Of a stretch of 64,000 nucleotides of DNA, positions 18,851 through 27,838 are shown one piece after another. The translations under genes were made by a program, and so were the position numbers. Source of the DNA: Thermoplasmata archaeon (GTDB taxonomy: Archaea > Thermoplasmatota > Thermoplasmata > Lutacidiplasmatales > UBA184); assembly GCA_030038095.1 (NCBI GenBank), contig JASHPK010000048.1, positions 13,972 through 77,971 on the forward strand, given 5' to 3'. The stretch's first letter is position 1, and every line of letters begins with the position of its first letter. Below the pieces are notes generated by a model. The model was not told where the DNA came from, made no database searches, and was given only the letters and a program-made list of their open reading frames with translations.

Positions 18851-20530
18851 ATGGCCCGGGATCGGGACTCCGCGAAGGGTGCCGGGGCGCGCGAGGTATG
18901 GGAGGCCGCGGCGCGCCGAGCGATCGGCGACCGGGTGCCGGGCGGTCGGGTGCCGCTCCTCGTGGGCCCCCCGGAAGAGCCGGACGCGGCGTTCCTCGAG
19001 CGGATCGGGTTCCCGGGCGAGCCCCCGTTCACGCGCGGGGTCCAGCCGACGATGTACCGAGGGCGGCTGTGGACGTTCCGCCAGTACTCGGGGTTCGGGA
19101 GCGCGGAGGCGACGAACCGGCGCTTCCGCTTCCTCCTCGACGGCGGCCAGACGGGCCTCTCGGTCGCGTTCGATCTCCCGACGCAGAACGGCTACGACTC
19201 GGACCATCCGCGGGCCCACGGGGAGGTCGGCCGGTGCGGCGTGCCGATCTCGACGTTGGACGATATGCGGACGCTCTTCCGGGGCATCCCGCTCGACCGC
19301 GCCACGGTCTCGATGACGATCAACGCGACGGCCCCGATTCTCCTCGCGCTCCATATCGCGGTCGCGGAGGAGTCGGGCGTGCCGCGGGCGAAGCTCGGGG
19401 GCACCGTCCAGAACGACGTGCTCAAGGAGTACGTAGCCCGGGGGACCTACGTCTACCCGCCCGCGCCCTCGATGCGCCTCACCGTCGACCTCATCGAGTT
19501 CGCCACGCGCGAGATGCCGCAGTGGAACACGATCTCGATCTCGGGCTACCACATGCGGGAGGCCGGCGCGACCGCGGTCCAGGAGGTGGCGTTCACCCTC
19601 GCGAACGCGATCGCGTACGTCCGCGAGGTCCAGGAGCGCGGTCTCGATCTCGACGCCTTCCTTCCCCGCCTCTCCTTCTTCTTCTCCTCGGACCGGAACT
19701 TCCTCGAGGAGGTCGCGAAGTTCCGGGCGGCGCGGCGCCTCTGGGCGTCGATCGTGAAGGACGACCTCCACGCGAAGAGCTCCCGCTCGGGGCAGCTGCG
19801 CTTCCATACGCAGACCGCGGGCTCGAGCCTGACCGCCCAGCAGCCCGAGCTCAACGTCGTGCGGACGACCCTCGAGGGCCTCGCGGCGTTGCTCGGCGGC
19901 ACCCAGTCGCTCCACACGAACTCGCTCGACGAGGCGATCGGGCTCCCCACCGAGGCTTCGGCTCGGCTCGCGCTGCGCACGCAGCAGGTCCTCGCCGAGG
20001 AGTCCGGCGTGCCCAGCACGATCGACCCGCTCGCCGGGGCGTACGAGATCGAGGAGCTCACCGACTCGATCGAGACCGAGGCGCGGAAGTACCTCGCCCG
20101 CATCGAGGAGATGGGCGGCGCGGTCGCCGCCATCGAGCGGGGGTTCCTGGCCAGCGAGATCGCCGGGGAGGCGTACCGGGTGGCGCGGGCCCGGGAGCGC
20201 AAGGAGGAGATCGTGGTCGGGGTCAACGAGTTCGCCGAGGGGCACGCGGGATTCTCCCTCTTCCCGGGCGCTCGCGGCGGCGGCGTCGTCGCCCAGCGGA
20301 TCACCCCGGCGGAGGAGCGTCGGCAGATCTCGGGGGTCCGCCAGTTCAAGCGTTCGCGCGACGGCGCGGCGAGCGCCCAGGCGCTCGGGGCGCTCTCCAC
20401 GGCGACCGAGCGCGGAGAGAACGTGATGCCGTTCGTGCTCCGGGCGGTCGGGGCCGGCGCCACTCTCGGGGAGATCTCGGACGCCTGGAGGAGGCTGTTC
20501 GGCGAACAGCCGCCCTCGCGGGCGTTCTAG
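18851..20530 (+). CDS. mcmA: Methylmalonyl-CoA mutase, large (catalytic) subunit
   Basis: ORF 18851..20530. [59 protein letters not shown] is the hallmark MCM N-terminal barrel. Confidence 0.93.
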   Translation: MARDRDSAKGAGAREVWEAAARRAIGDRVPGGRVPLLVGPPEEPDAAFLERIGFPGEPPFTRGVQPTMYRGRLWTFRQYSGFGSAEATNRRFRFLLDGGQTGLSVAFDLPTQNGYDSDHPRAHGEVGRCGVPISTLDDMRTLFRGIPLDRATVSMTINATAPILLALHIAVAEESGVPRAKLGGTVQNDVLKEYVARGTYVYPPAPSMRLTVDLIEFATREMPQWNTISISGYHMREAGATAVQEVAFTLANAIAYVREVQERGLDLDAFLPRLSFFFSSDRNFLEEVAKFRAARRLWASIVKDDLHAKSSRSGQLRFHTQTAGSSLTAQQPELNVVRTTLEGLAALLGGTQSLHTNSLDEAIGLPTEASARLALRTQQVLAEESGVPSTIDPLAGAYEIEELTDSIETEARKYLARIEEMGGAVAAIERGFLASEIAGEAYRVARARERKEEIVVGVNEFAEGHAGFSLFPGARGGGVVAQRITPAEERRQISGVRQFKRSRDGAASAQALGALSTATERGENVMPFVLRAVGAGATLGEISDAWRRLFGEQPPSRAF

Positions 20531-20540
20531 GAGGTATCCG

Positions 20541-20936
20541 ATGCGGCTCGACCACCTCGGGATCGCCGTGAAGGACCTCGCGGCCGCTCTCGCGAAGTGG
20601 CAGCCGCTGCTCGGGAGCGCGCCGTCCGCCCCCGAGCTCGTCCCCTCGAACCGGGTCTGGGTGACCTTCCTCGAGGCCGGGCGAACGCACTTTGAGCTCC
20701 TCCAGCCGAGCGACCCCGACTCCCCCATCGCGAAGTTCATCGCCCATCGGGGGGAGGGGCTGCACCACGTGGCCTTCCACGTCGCGAGCGTCGACCAGGC
20801 CCTCGCCGACCTCGAACGGCGGGGCGAACGGGTCGTCGATCGCACCTCCCGGCCCGGGGCGCGCGGCCGCCGGGTCGGCTTCGCGCACCCGGCCGCGTTC
20901 GGCGGGGTGCTGGTCGAGTTCGTGGAGGGCCCGTGA
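20541..20936 (+). CDS. mce: Methylmalonyl-CoA epimerase (VOC/glyoxalase fold)
   Basis: ORF 20541..20936. MRLDHLGIAVKDL...HFELLQP...GEGLHHVAF...GFAHP. GGAGGT lies at 20530-20535. Confidence 0.9.
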   Translation: MRLDHLGIAVKDLAAALAKWQPLLGSAPSAPELVPSNRVWVTFLEAGRTHFELLQPSDPDSPIAKFIAHRGEGLHHVAFHVASVDQALADLERRGERVVDRTSRPGARGRRVGFAHPAAFGGVLVEFVEGP

Positions 20937-22147
20937 GCCGCATCCGCTCGGTGGTCCTCGACCCGCTCTACGACAGCCGGGGACACCTGTCGGTCGAGGC
21001 GACCGTCACGCTCGAGTCCGGGGTCCGGGCCCGCGCCGGGGCCCCGAGCGGGGCGAGCACCGGGGCCCACGAGGTCCACGCGTTCCCGCCGGGCGGCGTC
21101 CCCGAGGCGCTCGAGACGTTCCGGGCCCGCGTCGCGCCCGCCCTCGCGGGCCTCGACGCGACCGACCGCGCGGCGGTCGACGGCACGCTCCACCGCGTCG
21201 ACGGCACGCCGGACTTCTCGCGCATCGGAGGGAACACGGCGACCGCGGTCTCGGTCGCTACGGCGATGGCGGTTGCGAAGGCGACGGGTCGGGCGCTCTG
21301 GCAGATTCTCGCCCCGCCGGGGGTGGACGGACGCCGCTTCCCGGCGATCGTCGGCAACTGCCTGAACGGCGGCCGGCACGCGATCGGCGGACCCGACATC
21401 CAGGAGTTCATCGCCTTCGCCGATGGGCCGGACCCCGCCGCGAACGTGCGGGCCGCGGTCCGCGTGCACCAGCGGCTCGGCGAGGAGCTGCATCGCCGCT
21501 TCCCGAAGCAGGCGCTCGGGCGCGGGGACGAGGGCGGATGGGTCGCCGCGATCGGGAACGTCGACGCGCTCGAGCTCCTGAAGGTCGCGTGCGAGCAGGT
21601 CCGCGACGAGCTCCACGTCGACGTCCACCCGGGGCTCGACCTCGCGGCGAGCGAGTTCTTTTCCGATGGGCGCTACCGCTACCAGGAGCAGACCCTCGAC
21701 ACCGAGGGCCAGATCGGATTCGTGAGCGCGCTCGTCGACCGGTACGACGTGCGCTATCTCGAGGACCCGCTCGACCAGGAGGCGTTCGACGCGTTCGCTG
21801 CGCTGACGCGGGCGGTCGGCTCGCGCACCCTGGTTATCGGGGACGATCTCTACGTCACCCGGGAGGAGCGCCTGCGGCAGGGCCTCGAGCGCGGTTCGAC
21901 GAACGCGATCCTGATCAAGGTCAACCAAGTCGGCACGCTCACCGACACCCTCGCGACCGTCGATCTCGCCCGGGCGAACGGCCTCGCGACCATCACGAGC
22001 CACCGTTCGGGGGAGGTTCCCGAAGGGTGGCTCGCGCACGTCGCCCTGGGCACCGGCGCGCGGGGGCTGAAATGCGGGGTTCTCGGCGGCGAGCGGGTGG
22101 CAAAGCTAAATGAACTCCTGCGGCTCGCCCGCGCCACCGGAGCCTAA
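20933..22147 (+). CDS. eno: Enolase (short archaeal form)
   Basis: ORF 20933..22147. DSRGHLSVEATV...APSGASTGAHE, IKVNQVGTLTDT, SHRSGE. GTGA overlap with the mce stop. Confidence 0.9.
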   Translation: MSRIRSVVLDPLYDSRGHLSVEATVTLESGVRARAGAPSGASTGAHEVHAFPPGGVPEALETFRARVAPALAGLDATDRAAVDGTLHRVDGTPDFSRIGGNTATAVSVATAMAVAKATGRALWQILAPPGVDGRRFPAIVGNCLNGGRHAIGGPDIQEFIAFADGPDPAANVRAAVRVHQRLGEELHRRFPKQALGRGDEGGWVAAIGNVDALELLKVACEQVRDELHVDVHPGLDLAASEFFSDGRYRYQEQTLDTEGQIGFVSALVDRYDVRYLEDPLDQEAFDAFAALTRAVGSRTLVIGDDLYVTREERLRQGLERGSTNAILIKVNQVGTLTDTLATVDLARANGLATITSHRSGEVPEGWLAHVALGTGARGLKCGVLGGERVAKLNELLRLARATGA

Positions 22148-22153
22148 GACGCG

Positions 22154-22810
22154 ATGCCCGACGACGAAACGCTCGCCGAACCCCAGGCCGGGGCGACGGA
22201 CGGCCAGGACACCCGCCCGGGCGAGCTCCTGATCCCGGAGGACACGTATCTCACGAGCGGGGTCCACATCGGGACCCAGCAGAAGTCGGCGTCGATGCGC
22301 CGGTTCATCTACAAGGTCCGTTTCGACGGCCTGCACGTCCTCGACGTACGCGAGACCGACCGGCGGATCCGGCTCGCCGCGAAGTTCCTCGCCCGCTTTC
22401 CCGCCGAGCGCATCTTGGTCGTCTCCCAGCGCCAGTACGGGCAGAAGCCGGTCCGCATCTTCGCGAAGACCGTCGGCGCGGTCTCCTTCGCCGAGCGGTT
22501 CGTTCCGGGGTGCCTCACGAACCCGAACCTCGCCGAGTACTTCGAGCCGAAGGTCCTCCTCGTCACCGACCCGGCGACCGACCAGCAGGCGCTCAGCGAG
22601 GCGGTGTCGATCGGGATCCCGGTCGTCGGCCTGTGCGACGTCAACAACGAGACCCGGAACGTCGACCTCGTGATCCCGGCGAACAACAAGGGTCGGGTGG
22701 CTCTCGCGACCGTCTACTGGCTGCTCGCGCGCGAGGTCCTGCGCGCGCGCGCCGGCGGCGCGGAGATCGAGTACCCCCTCACCATCGACGATTTCCAGGC
22801 CGCGCTCTAG
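22154..22810 (+). CDS. rps2: 30S ribosomal protein uS2
   Basis: ORF 22154..22810. [34 protein letters not shown]...LLVTDP...[15 protein letters not shown]. Confidence 0.95.
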   Translation: MPDDETLAEPQAGATDGQDTRPGELLIPEDTYLTSGVHIGTQQKSASMRRFIYKVRFDGLHVLDVRETDRRIRLAAKFLARFPAERILVVSQRQYGQKPVRIFAKTVGAVSFAERFVPGCLTNPNLAEYFEPKVLLVTDPATDQQALSEAVSIGIPVVGLCDVNNETRNVDLVIPANNKGRVALATVYWLLAREVLRARAGGAEIEYPLTIDDFQAAL

Positions 22811-22863
22811 GACGCGGTAATAAGGACTGCGGGCGCCGGGGGCTCCCGCCCGCGTTCCGGCCC

Positions 22864-22871
22864 CTTTTATC
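22864..22871 (+). promoter_or_regulatory. TATA-like box CTTTTATC upstream of the TrmB-family regulator
   Basis: Centre lies ~26 nt upstream of GTG 22894. It supports that start and a leaderless mRNA. Confidence 0.45.
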
Positions 22872-22893
22872 GCCCGGTCCCCTCTTCGGGCCC

Positions 22894-24168
22894 GTGGGGC
22901 GCCCCGGTTCGGGCCTTCTCGAGCTGCTCGAGGAACACGGGATCCCCGAGAAGGGCGCGCGGGTCTACCTCGCCGCTTGCCGCGCGGGACCCCAGACCGC
23001 GAGCGAGCTCGCGCGCCTCTCGGCGGTGAACCGCGTCGAGGCGTATCGGTTCATCAAGCTCCTCGCCGCCGAGGGGCTCCTCAAGGCCACGAGCGGTCGA
23101 CCGAAGCGCTTCGCCGCGCTCACCCCCGACGCGCTCATCGACAAGTGGATCCAGCGGGCCTCCGACCGCCTCCGGAGCCTCGAGCAGGACCGCGAGAAGA
23201 TCCTCGCGGACTGGGAGGAGGGACGGACCGAGTTCGACGAGCACGACCCGCGGAAGTTCGCGGTGCTCGAGGGCCGGGAGACGATCAACCGGTTCCTGCT
23301 CAAGCGGATCGGCACGACCGAGCGCCAGGTGTTGATGAGCGCGAACGGGCCGGCGCTCGCGGGGTTCATCGACGGCGGGATCGACCGATCGTTGCGCGAG
23401 GCGAGCGCCCGCGGGGTCCGCGTGCGGATGGTCACCGAGGTCTTCCCGCCGAACCTGGCGGAGTCGAAGCACTTCGCGGGCTTCGCCGAGCTGCGCCACG
23501 CGACCGGCTCCGTCACGAGCCGGGCGATCGTGCTCGACCGGCAGGGCGCGCTCGTCTACGTCTCGGGGGAGGAAGGCCTCGGGCGCACGGGGGACGAGCA
23601 GGTCGCGCTCTGGTCGACCGCGCCGATGTTCGTCCAGCTCGCGCGCGACTACCACCGGCGCCTCTGGGCCCCCGCGCTCCGGGCCGAGGCGCGGTTCGTG
23701 GAGCTCGAGAACCCGCCCGCCGCGGTGCTCCCCGTCGTCGCGGGAAAGGAGGCGGTCCCGTTCCAGCGCCTGAAGGAGATCGCGAAGCTCGGCATGCGGG
23801 CGTCGGGCGTCCAGGAGTTCCACCTGCACCTGCCCGAGCTGATCGAGACGATCGCCCGCCAGCTCGGCCGCGAGATCGCCGAGCAGATCGACGGCCGTAC
23901 CCCGGAGGAGGTGGCGAAATCGCTCCAGGTCTACTACGCGGAGCACACGATGGGCCACCTCGCAACCCTTCGCGAGAAGCCGCTCACCTTCCAGGTCACC
24001 GGCTGCTTCGCGTGCACGAGCGACTCGCCCGAGATCGGGCGGGTGATGTGCCCGCAGCTCCTCCGCGCGGTGCTCGAGACGCGCCTCGGCCAGCGTTGGG
24101 AGGTCTCGAAGCCCGATCCGACGAAGCACGCCACCCGCGGATGCGTGTTCACCGCGAACCCCGCGTGA
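22894..24168 (+). CDS. TrmB-family transcriptional regulator with C-terminal V4R-like Cys-containing ligand domain
   Basis: 3' part of ORF 22510..24168, which overlaps rps2 upstream. wHTH LELLEEHGIPEKGARVYLAACRAGPQTASELARLSAVNRVEAYRFIKLLAAEGLL. C-terminus FQVTGCFACTSDSPEIGRVMCPQLL...TRGCVFT resembles V4R domains. Confidence 0.75.
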   Translation: MGRPGSGLLELLEEHGIPEKGARVYLAACRAGPQTASELARLSAVNRVEAYRFIKLLAAEGLLKATSGRPKRFAALTPDALIDKWIQRASDRLRSLEQDREKILADWEEGRTEFDEHDPRKFAVLEGRETINRFLLKRIGTTERQVLMSANGPALAGFIDGGIDRSLREASARGVRVRMVTEVFPPNLAESKHFAGFAELRHATGSVTSRAIVLDRQGALVYVSGEEGLGRTGDEQVALWSTAPMFVQLARDYHRRLWAPALRAEARFVELENPPAAVLPVVAGKEAVPFQRLKEIAKLGMRASGVQEFHLHLPELIETIARQLGREIAEQIDGRTPEEVAKSLQVYYAEHTMGHLATLREKPLTFQVTGCFACTSDSPEIGRVMCPQLLRAVLETRLGQRWEVSKPDPTKHATRGCVFTANPA

Positions 24169-24176
24169 ACCGGAGC

Positions 24177-24206
24177 CGTGCTACACCGGCTCACGGTGTA
24201 ACACGT
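24177..24206. promoter_or_regulatory. Imperfect 30-nt palindrome (CGTG-c-TACACCG-GCTCA-CGGTGTA-a-CACG) overlapping the 8-nt palindrome ACACGTGT
   Basis: Read directly. 11 of 12 arm positions pair. It lies 9 nt after the TrmB-like stop and 35-65 nt upstream of the tfb TATA box. Confidence 0.4.
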
Positions 24207-24239
24207 GTAACTAACAAACGCTACAGTAAACGGACGAAC

Positions 24240-24248
24240 TTATAAATA
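24240..24248 (+). promoter_or_regulatory. Consensus archaeal TATA box TTATAAATA for tfb
   Basis: Lies in a sharply AT-rich island (24200-24276). Its centre is ~33 nt upstream of ATG 24277, implying a 5' UTR of only a few nt. Confidence 0.65.
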
Positions 24249-24276
24249 CGAGCCAACGGTTAGCCGCCGTACTAAC

Positions 24277-25371
24277 ATGAAGCCCCACTCTTCCGCCTCA
24301 ACTTCCGCGCGCCCGCGCCCGACCGGTCCGAAGGCCCCCCTCCGCCATGCCCCGGCCCCCGAGCCCGAGGCGCCGGCGACCGCTCCGGCCTCCGATGTCT
24401 GCCCGAATTGCGGCTCCACCCACCTCATCCGGGACGAGATCCGCGGCGAGATCGTTTGCGCCGACTGTGGACTCGTCGTCGACCAGAGCGCCCTCGTCAG
24501 CGACCGCGGCCAGCGCGGCTCGAAGGAGGACACCGGTCGCGAGGCCCGCGGCTGGGGGCCCGTCATCTCCCCGCTGATGCCCGACAAGGGCCTCTTCAGC
24601 GAGATTGGGGTGCCGACCCGCGACTTCCAGGGAAACTCGCTCTCCCGGAACACGTCGCTGAAGTTCTACCACCTGCGCAAGCTCAACCACCGGCTCCGCG
24701 CCGCCCGGACGCACCAGCGCAACCTCGTGGTCGCGCTCGGCGAGCTGAACCGCCTCGCGGGCGTCCTTGGGCTCTCACGCGAGGTGAAGGAGTCCGCGAC
24801 GTACATCTACCGCCGGGCCCTCGAGCACAAGGCGACGCGCGGCAAGAAGATCGTCGCGCTCGTCGCCGCGAGCGTGTACGCGGCGTGCCGGCAGTGCCAT
24901 GTTCCGCGGACGATGAAGGAGATCATCGCCCACTCGAAGGCGACGAAGATCGAGGTCGGCCGGGCCTACACCCTGCTCGCGCGCGAGCTCAAGCTCGGGC
25001 TGAAGCCGGTCGAGCCCCGCGACTACCTCGTCCGATTCACGCAGGACCTGAACCTCTCGAAGGAGGTCCGCCAGAAGGTCCTCTCGCTGCTCGAACAGGT
25101 CGAGCAGGTCTACTCGACGAGCGGCGTGCTGCCGAACGGGATCCTCGCGACGATCATCTACATCGCGTCGAACCTGATGGGCGAGCCGCGCAGCCAGGAC
25201 CGGATCGCCGCGGTGGCGAACGTCACCCCGGTGACGATCCGCAACCACTACAAGGAGCTCCTCGACCTCCTCGGTCTTCCGAAGAACCTCACGAACCCTC
25301 AGGCCCGGGGCACGCTGCCGTCCGACTCGGCCGAGAAGATCGAAGTCGACGCGGCCGCGGCCGGCCACTAG
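24277..25371 (+). CDS. tfb: Transcription initiation factor IIB (TFB) with ~40-aa Pro/Ala-rich N-terminal extension
   Basis: ORF 24277..25371. Zn ribbon CPNCGSTHLIRDEIRGEIVCADCG, a B-reader/linker and two cyclin folds. Confidence 0.95.
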   Translation: MKPHSSASTSARPRPTGPKAPLRHAPAPEPEAPATAPASDVCPNCGSTHLIRDEIRGEIVCADCGLVVDQSALVSDRGQRGSKEDTGREARGWGPVISPLMPDKGLFSEIGVPTRDFQGNSLSRNTSLKFYHLRKLNHRLRAARTHQRNLVVALGELNRLAGVLGLSREVKESATYIYRRALEHKATRGKKIVALVAASVYAACRQCHVPRTMKEIIAHSKATKIEVGRAYTLLARELKLGLKPVEPRDYLVRFTQDLNLSKEVRQKVLSLLEQVEQVYSTSGVLPNGILATIIYIASNLMGEPRSQDRIAAVANVTPVTIRNHYKELLDLLGLPKNLTNPQARGTLPSDSAEKIEVDAAAAGH

Positions 25372-25494
25372 TCGGGTCCCCACGTTCCCGGCCCTCTCGT
25401 CGCACTGGCCCCCATCCTGGGCCGTCCCGGCAGCGGGCGCTTCGCCCCGCCGGGACCCGCGGCCCTCAAACGACTTAGGGAGGAGCGGGGGTCG

Positions 25495-26703
25495 GTGCAC
25501 GTGGTCGCCGCGGCGCCGCTGAGCTACTCGTCCTACCGCACGTACCTCGAGTGCCCCCTCCGCTGGAAGTTCCTCTACATCGACCGACTCCCCGAGACCC
25601 CCCGAGGGTACTTCACCTTCGGGCGCGTCGTGCACTCCGTCCTCGAGGAGCTCCTGCGCCCGCTCGTCGTACCCTCAGCCCGGCGGATCGGGGAGGCGGA
25701 GTCGCAGCGGACGCTCGACGAGTGGCACCCCACGCCGAGGACCGGCGGAGAAGGGAGCCTTGTCCCGCTCGAGGAGCTCCTCGCGGCCTACGATCACGCC
25801 TGGTCCGGCGAGGGGTACACCTCGCCCGAGGAGGAGCAGCGGTACCGGACGCTCGGCCGCGACCTCCTGCGCCGGTACCACCGGCAGCTCCAGGCCGAGC
25901 GGCCCCACCCGGTCGCGGTCGAGGAGCACCTCGAGACGCGCTGGGACGGGATCCCCGTGCACGGCTACATCGACCGGATCGATCGGACCCCACTCGGCGG
26001 GCTCGAGGTCGTCGACTACAAGACTTCGCGCGAGCTCTCCCGGGACGACGCGCGCGAATCGGACCAGCTGAGCCTGTACCAGGTGCTGGTCGAGCGGAAC
26101 TATGCCGAGGCGGTCGAAGGCCTCACCCTCTATCACCTCCGCTCGCTGACCCCGTTGCGAACGCCCCCCCGAGGGCCGAACGCGCTCGGCGCGCTCCACG
26201 ACCGGCTGGGCACGGTCGTCGACGGGATCCGGGCGGAAGCGTACGAGCCCACGCCCGGTCGCCAGTGCGCACGATGCGACTTCCAATCCCGATGCCCGGA
26301 GTTCCGTCCGGTCCCCGCCGCGGAGCGGGAGCGCCTCGCCGCGCTCGTCGACCGCTTCGAGTCGCTCCGCTCGCAGGAGCGCCAGCTCGAGCATGAGCTC
26401 AAGCGGACCGCGGAGGAGCTGCATCGCGCTGCGGAGGAGCTCGGGGTGCACCGCGTACCCGGGTCGCACAAGATCGCGATCCGTCGGCGCGAGGAGGCGT
26501 GGCAGTATTCCCTCGAGCCAGTGCGGCCGCTGCTCGAGGAGTCGGGGCTCGCCCCGCGCGTCGCCTCGGGGCGGGCGGAGGACGTCCGCCGGCTGGTCCG
26601 GGACCCCGCGGTCAACCCCGAGATCCGGCGGAAGGTCGCGGAGACCGGGGCCCGGCGCGTGAAGTGGTTCTGGGAGATCGAAGGGGACGAGGCGGCCGAG
26701 TAG
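25495..26703 (+). CDS. PD-(D/E)XK nuclease, Cas4/AddB-like with 4-Cys cluster and ~130-aa C-terminal coiled-coil extension
   Basis: ORF 25495..26703. N-terminal YLECPLRW, motif II GYIDRID, motif III LEVVDYKT, QLSLYQ, and C-x2-C-x5-C (CARCDFQSRC). Confidence 0.8.
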   Translation: MHVVAAAPLSYSSYRTYLECPLRWKFLYIDRLPETPRGYFTFGRVVHSVLEELLRPLVVPSARRIGEAESQRTLDEWHPTPRTGGEGSLVPLEELLAAYDHAWSGEGYTSPEEEQRYRTLGRDLLRRYHRQLQAERPHPVAVEEHLETRWDGIPVHGYIDRIDRTPLGGLEVVDYKTSRELSRDDARESDQLSLYQVLVERNYAEAVEGLTLYHLRSLTPLRTPPRGPNALGALHDRLGTVVDGIRAEAYEPTPGRQCARCDFQSRCPEFRPVPAAERERLAALVDRFESLRSQERQLEHELKRTAEELHRAAEELGVHRVPGSHKIAIRRREEAWQYSLEPVRPLLEESGLAPRVASGRAEDVRRLVRDPAVNPEIRRKVAETGARRVKWFWEIEGDEAAE

Positions 26704-26722
26704 CCGGCGGAGCGAGGAACGG

Positions 26723-27691
26723 CTATCGAGCCGCTCGCGACGGGGGCGCGAGGGTCTCGAGGTGCTGGTCGAACCACGTCGGGAAGGAGTGCATCCGCAC
26801 CAGGACGTAGGCCTCCGTCTCCTCGACACCCTCGAGGGACCGGACGAACTGTTCGACCTCCTCGACGTGCGCCGCCGTGGGCGGCAGCACGAACAACCAG
26901 TGGTGGAGGACGCCCAAGTCCGGTCCCACGAGGGGACTGTGGAACTCGAGCGTGAGGGGGTAACGGGCGTAGACCGGCCGGACGACCTTCTCCGGGCTCG
27001 TTCCCGGCCGCAGCTGCATCCCGATCGACACCACGGGGCGGCTGATCGCGCGGAAGTCGAAGGCGGGCACGAACCATACCCCGACGTCGTCGAGCAGCTC
27101 GGAGTACCGACGGGTCATCGTGCGGGTTGAGATGCCCACGAGGTCGGCGATCTCGCCGAGGGTCGCGCGCGGACGGGCGCGCAACGCCCGGACGATGCGG
27201 ACGTCCAGCGGAGTGAGGGCCCGCTGGGGCGGGTACGCGTGCCAGGGGAACGGGCCGTCCACCTCCGCCACCCCCGCCAGCGCCCGGATCAGTCCGATCC
27301 GCCGCTCGATCAGGGCCGCGTCGGGGACGACGAGGCCGAGGCTGATCCACTCCCCGAGGTACTCGATGCAGGAGACGACCCCGTCCAGGAGCCCGAGCCG
27401 GCCGATGACGGCCGCCTTCTCTCGGGGATGCACGACGCGGACGTTCAACCCGGTGCCCACCCATCCGAAAAGAGCCGGGTTGAGCCATACGTCGTATCGA
27501 CGAAGGAAGCCCGACCGGTCCCACGCCCGAAGCCGGGCGGCCACGCGCCCCCGTCCGACTTTCAGTCGGTGGGCGATCCGCGTGGCGTTCACCCGAGGAT
27601 CGATGCCCGCGACGTTGACCGCTCCCTCGCGGTACATCTCGCGGAGGATCTGGATATCCAGCGTCTCGGCGGCCAGCGGGGTCTCGGACAC
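26723..27691 (-). CDS. Tandem (duplicated) Lrp/AsnC-family transcriptional regulator
   Basis: 3' third of ORF 26723..29647; own start call is GTG 27691. Two HTH+RAM modules: LDIQILREMYREG...ATRIAHRLKVGRGRVAARLRAW and LDVRIVRALRARPRATLGEIADLVGISTRTMTRRYSEL. Confidence 0.75.
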   Translation of the reverse strand: MSETPLAAETLDIQILREMYREGAVNVAGIDPRVNATRIAHRLKVGRGRVAARLRAWDRSGFLRRYDVWLNPALFGWVGTGLNVRVVHPREKAAVIGRLGLLDGVVSCIEYLGEWISLGLVVPDAALIERRIGLIRALAGVAEVDGPFPWHAYPPQRALTPLDVRIVRALRARPRATLGEIADLVGISTRTMTRRYSELLDDVGVWFVPAFDFRAISRPVVSIGMQLRPGTSPEKVVRPVYARYPLTLEFHSPLVGPDLGVLHHWLFVLPPTAAHVEEVEQFVRSLEGVEETEAYVLVRMHSFPTWFDQHLETLAPPSRAAR

Positions 27692-27838
27692 GGTCCCCCC
27701 GGGGAGCCGCCGGCCCGCTTGAGCGTTCCGATTTTTTCCGGGCAGCGCGCAGTTTCGGACAGCGGAACCTCCCGTCTTCCGGTTTCTCGGTCTCGAGCGT
27801 CCACGGGCTTGACGTTCGCGGAGCCCTCTCTCCCCTCG

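Noticed and set aside
18833-22039. 1068-aa ORF on the minus strand, the longest uninterrupted ORF in the middle of the window
   Set aside because: It lies antisense to four well-supported genes (mcmA, mce, eno and the start of the rps2 region). Its translation is R/E/D/G/P-rich low complexity with no recognisable motif. This is the typical stop-codon-poor antisense frame of a high-GC genome.
25495-26703. The Cas4-like nuclease as evidence for a CRISPR-Cas locus
   Set aside because: No direct-repeat array, no cas1/cas2 or effector genes anywhere in the 64 kb. Stand-alone Cas4/RecB-like nucleases are common in archaea.
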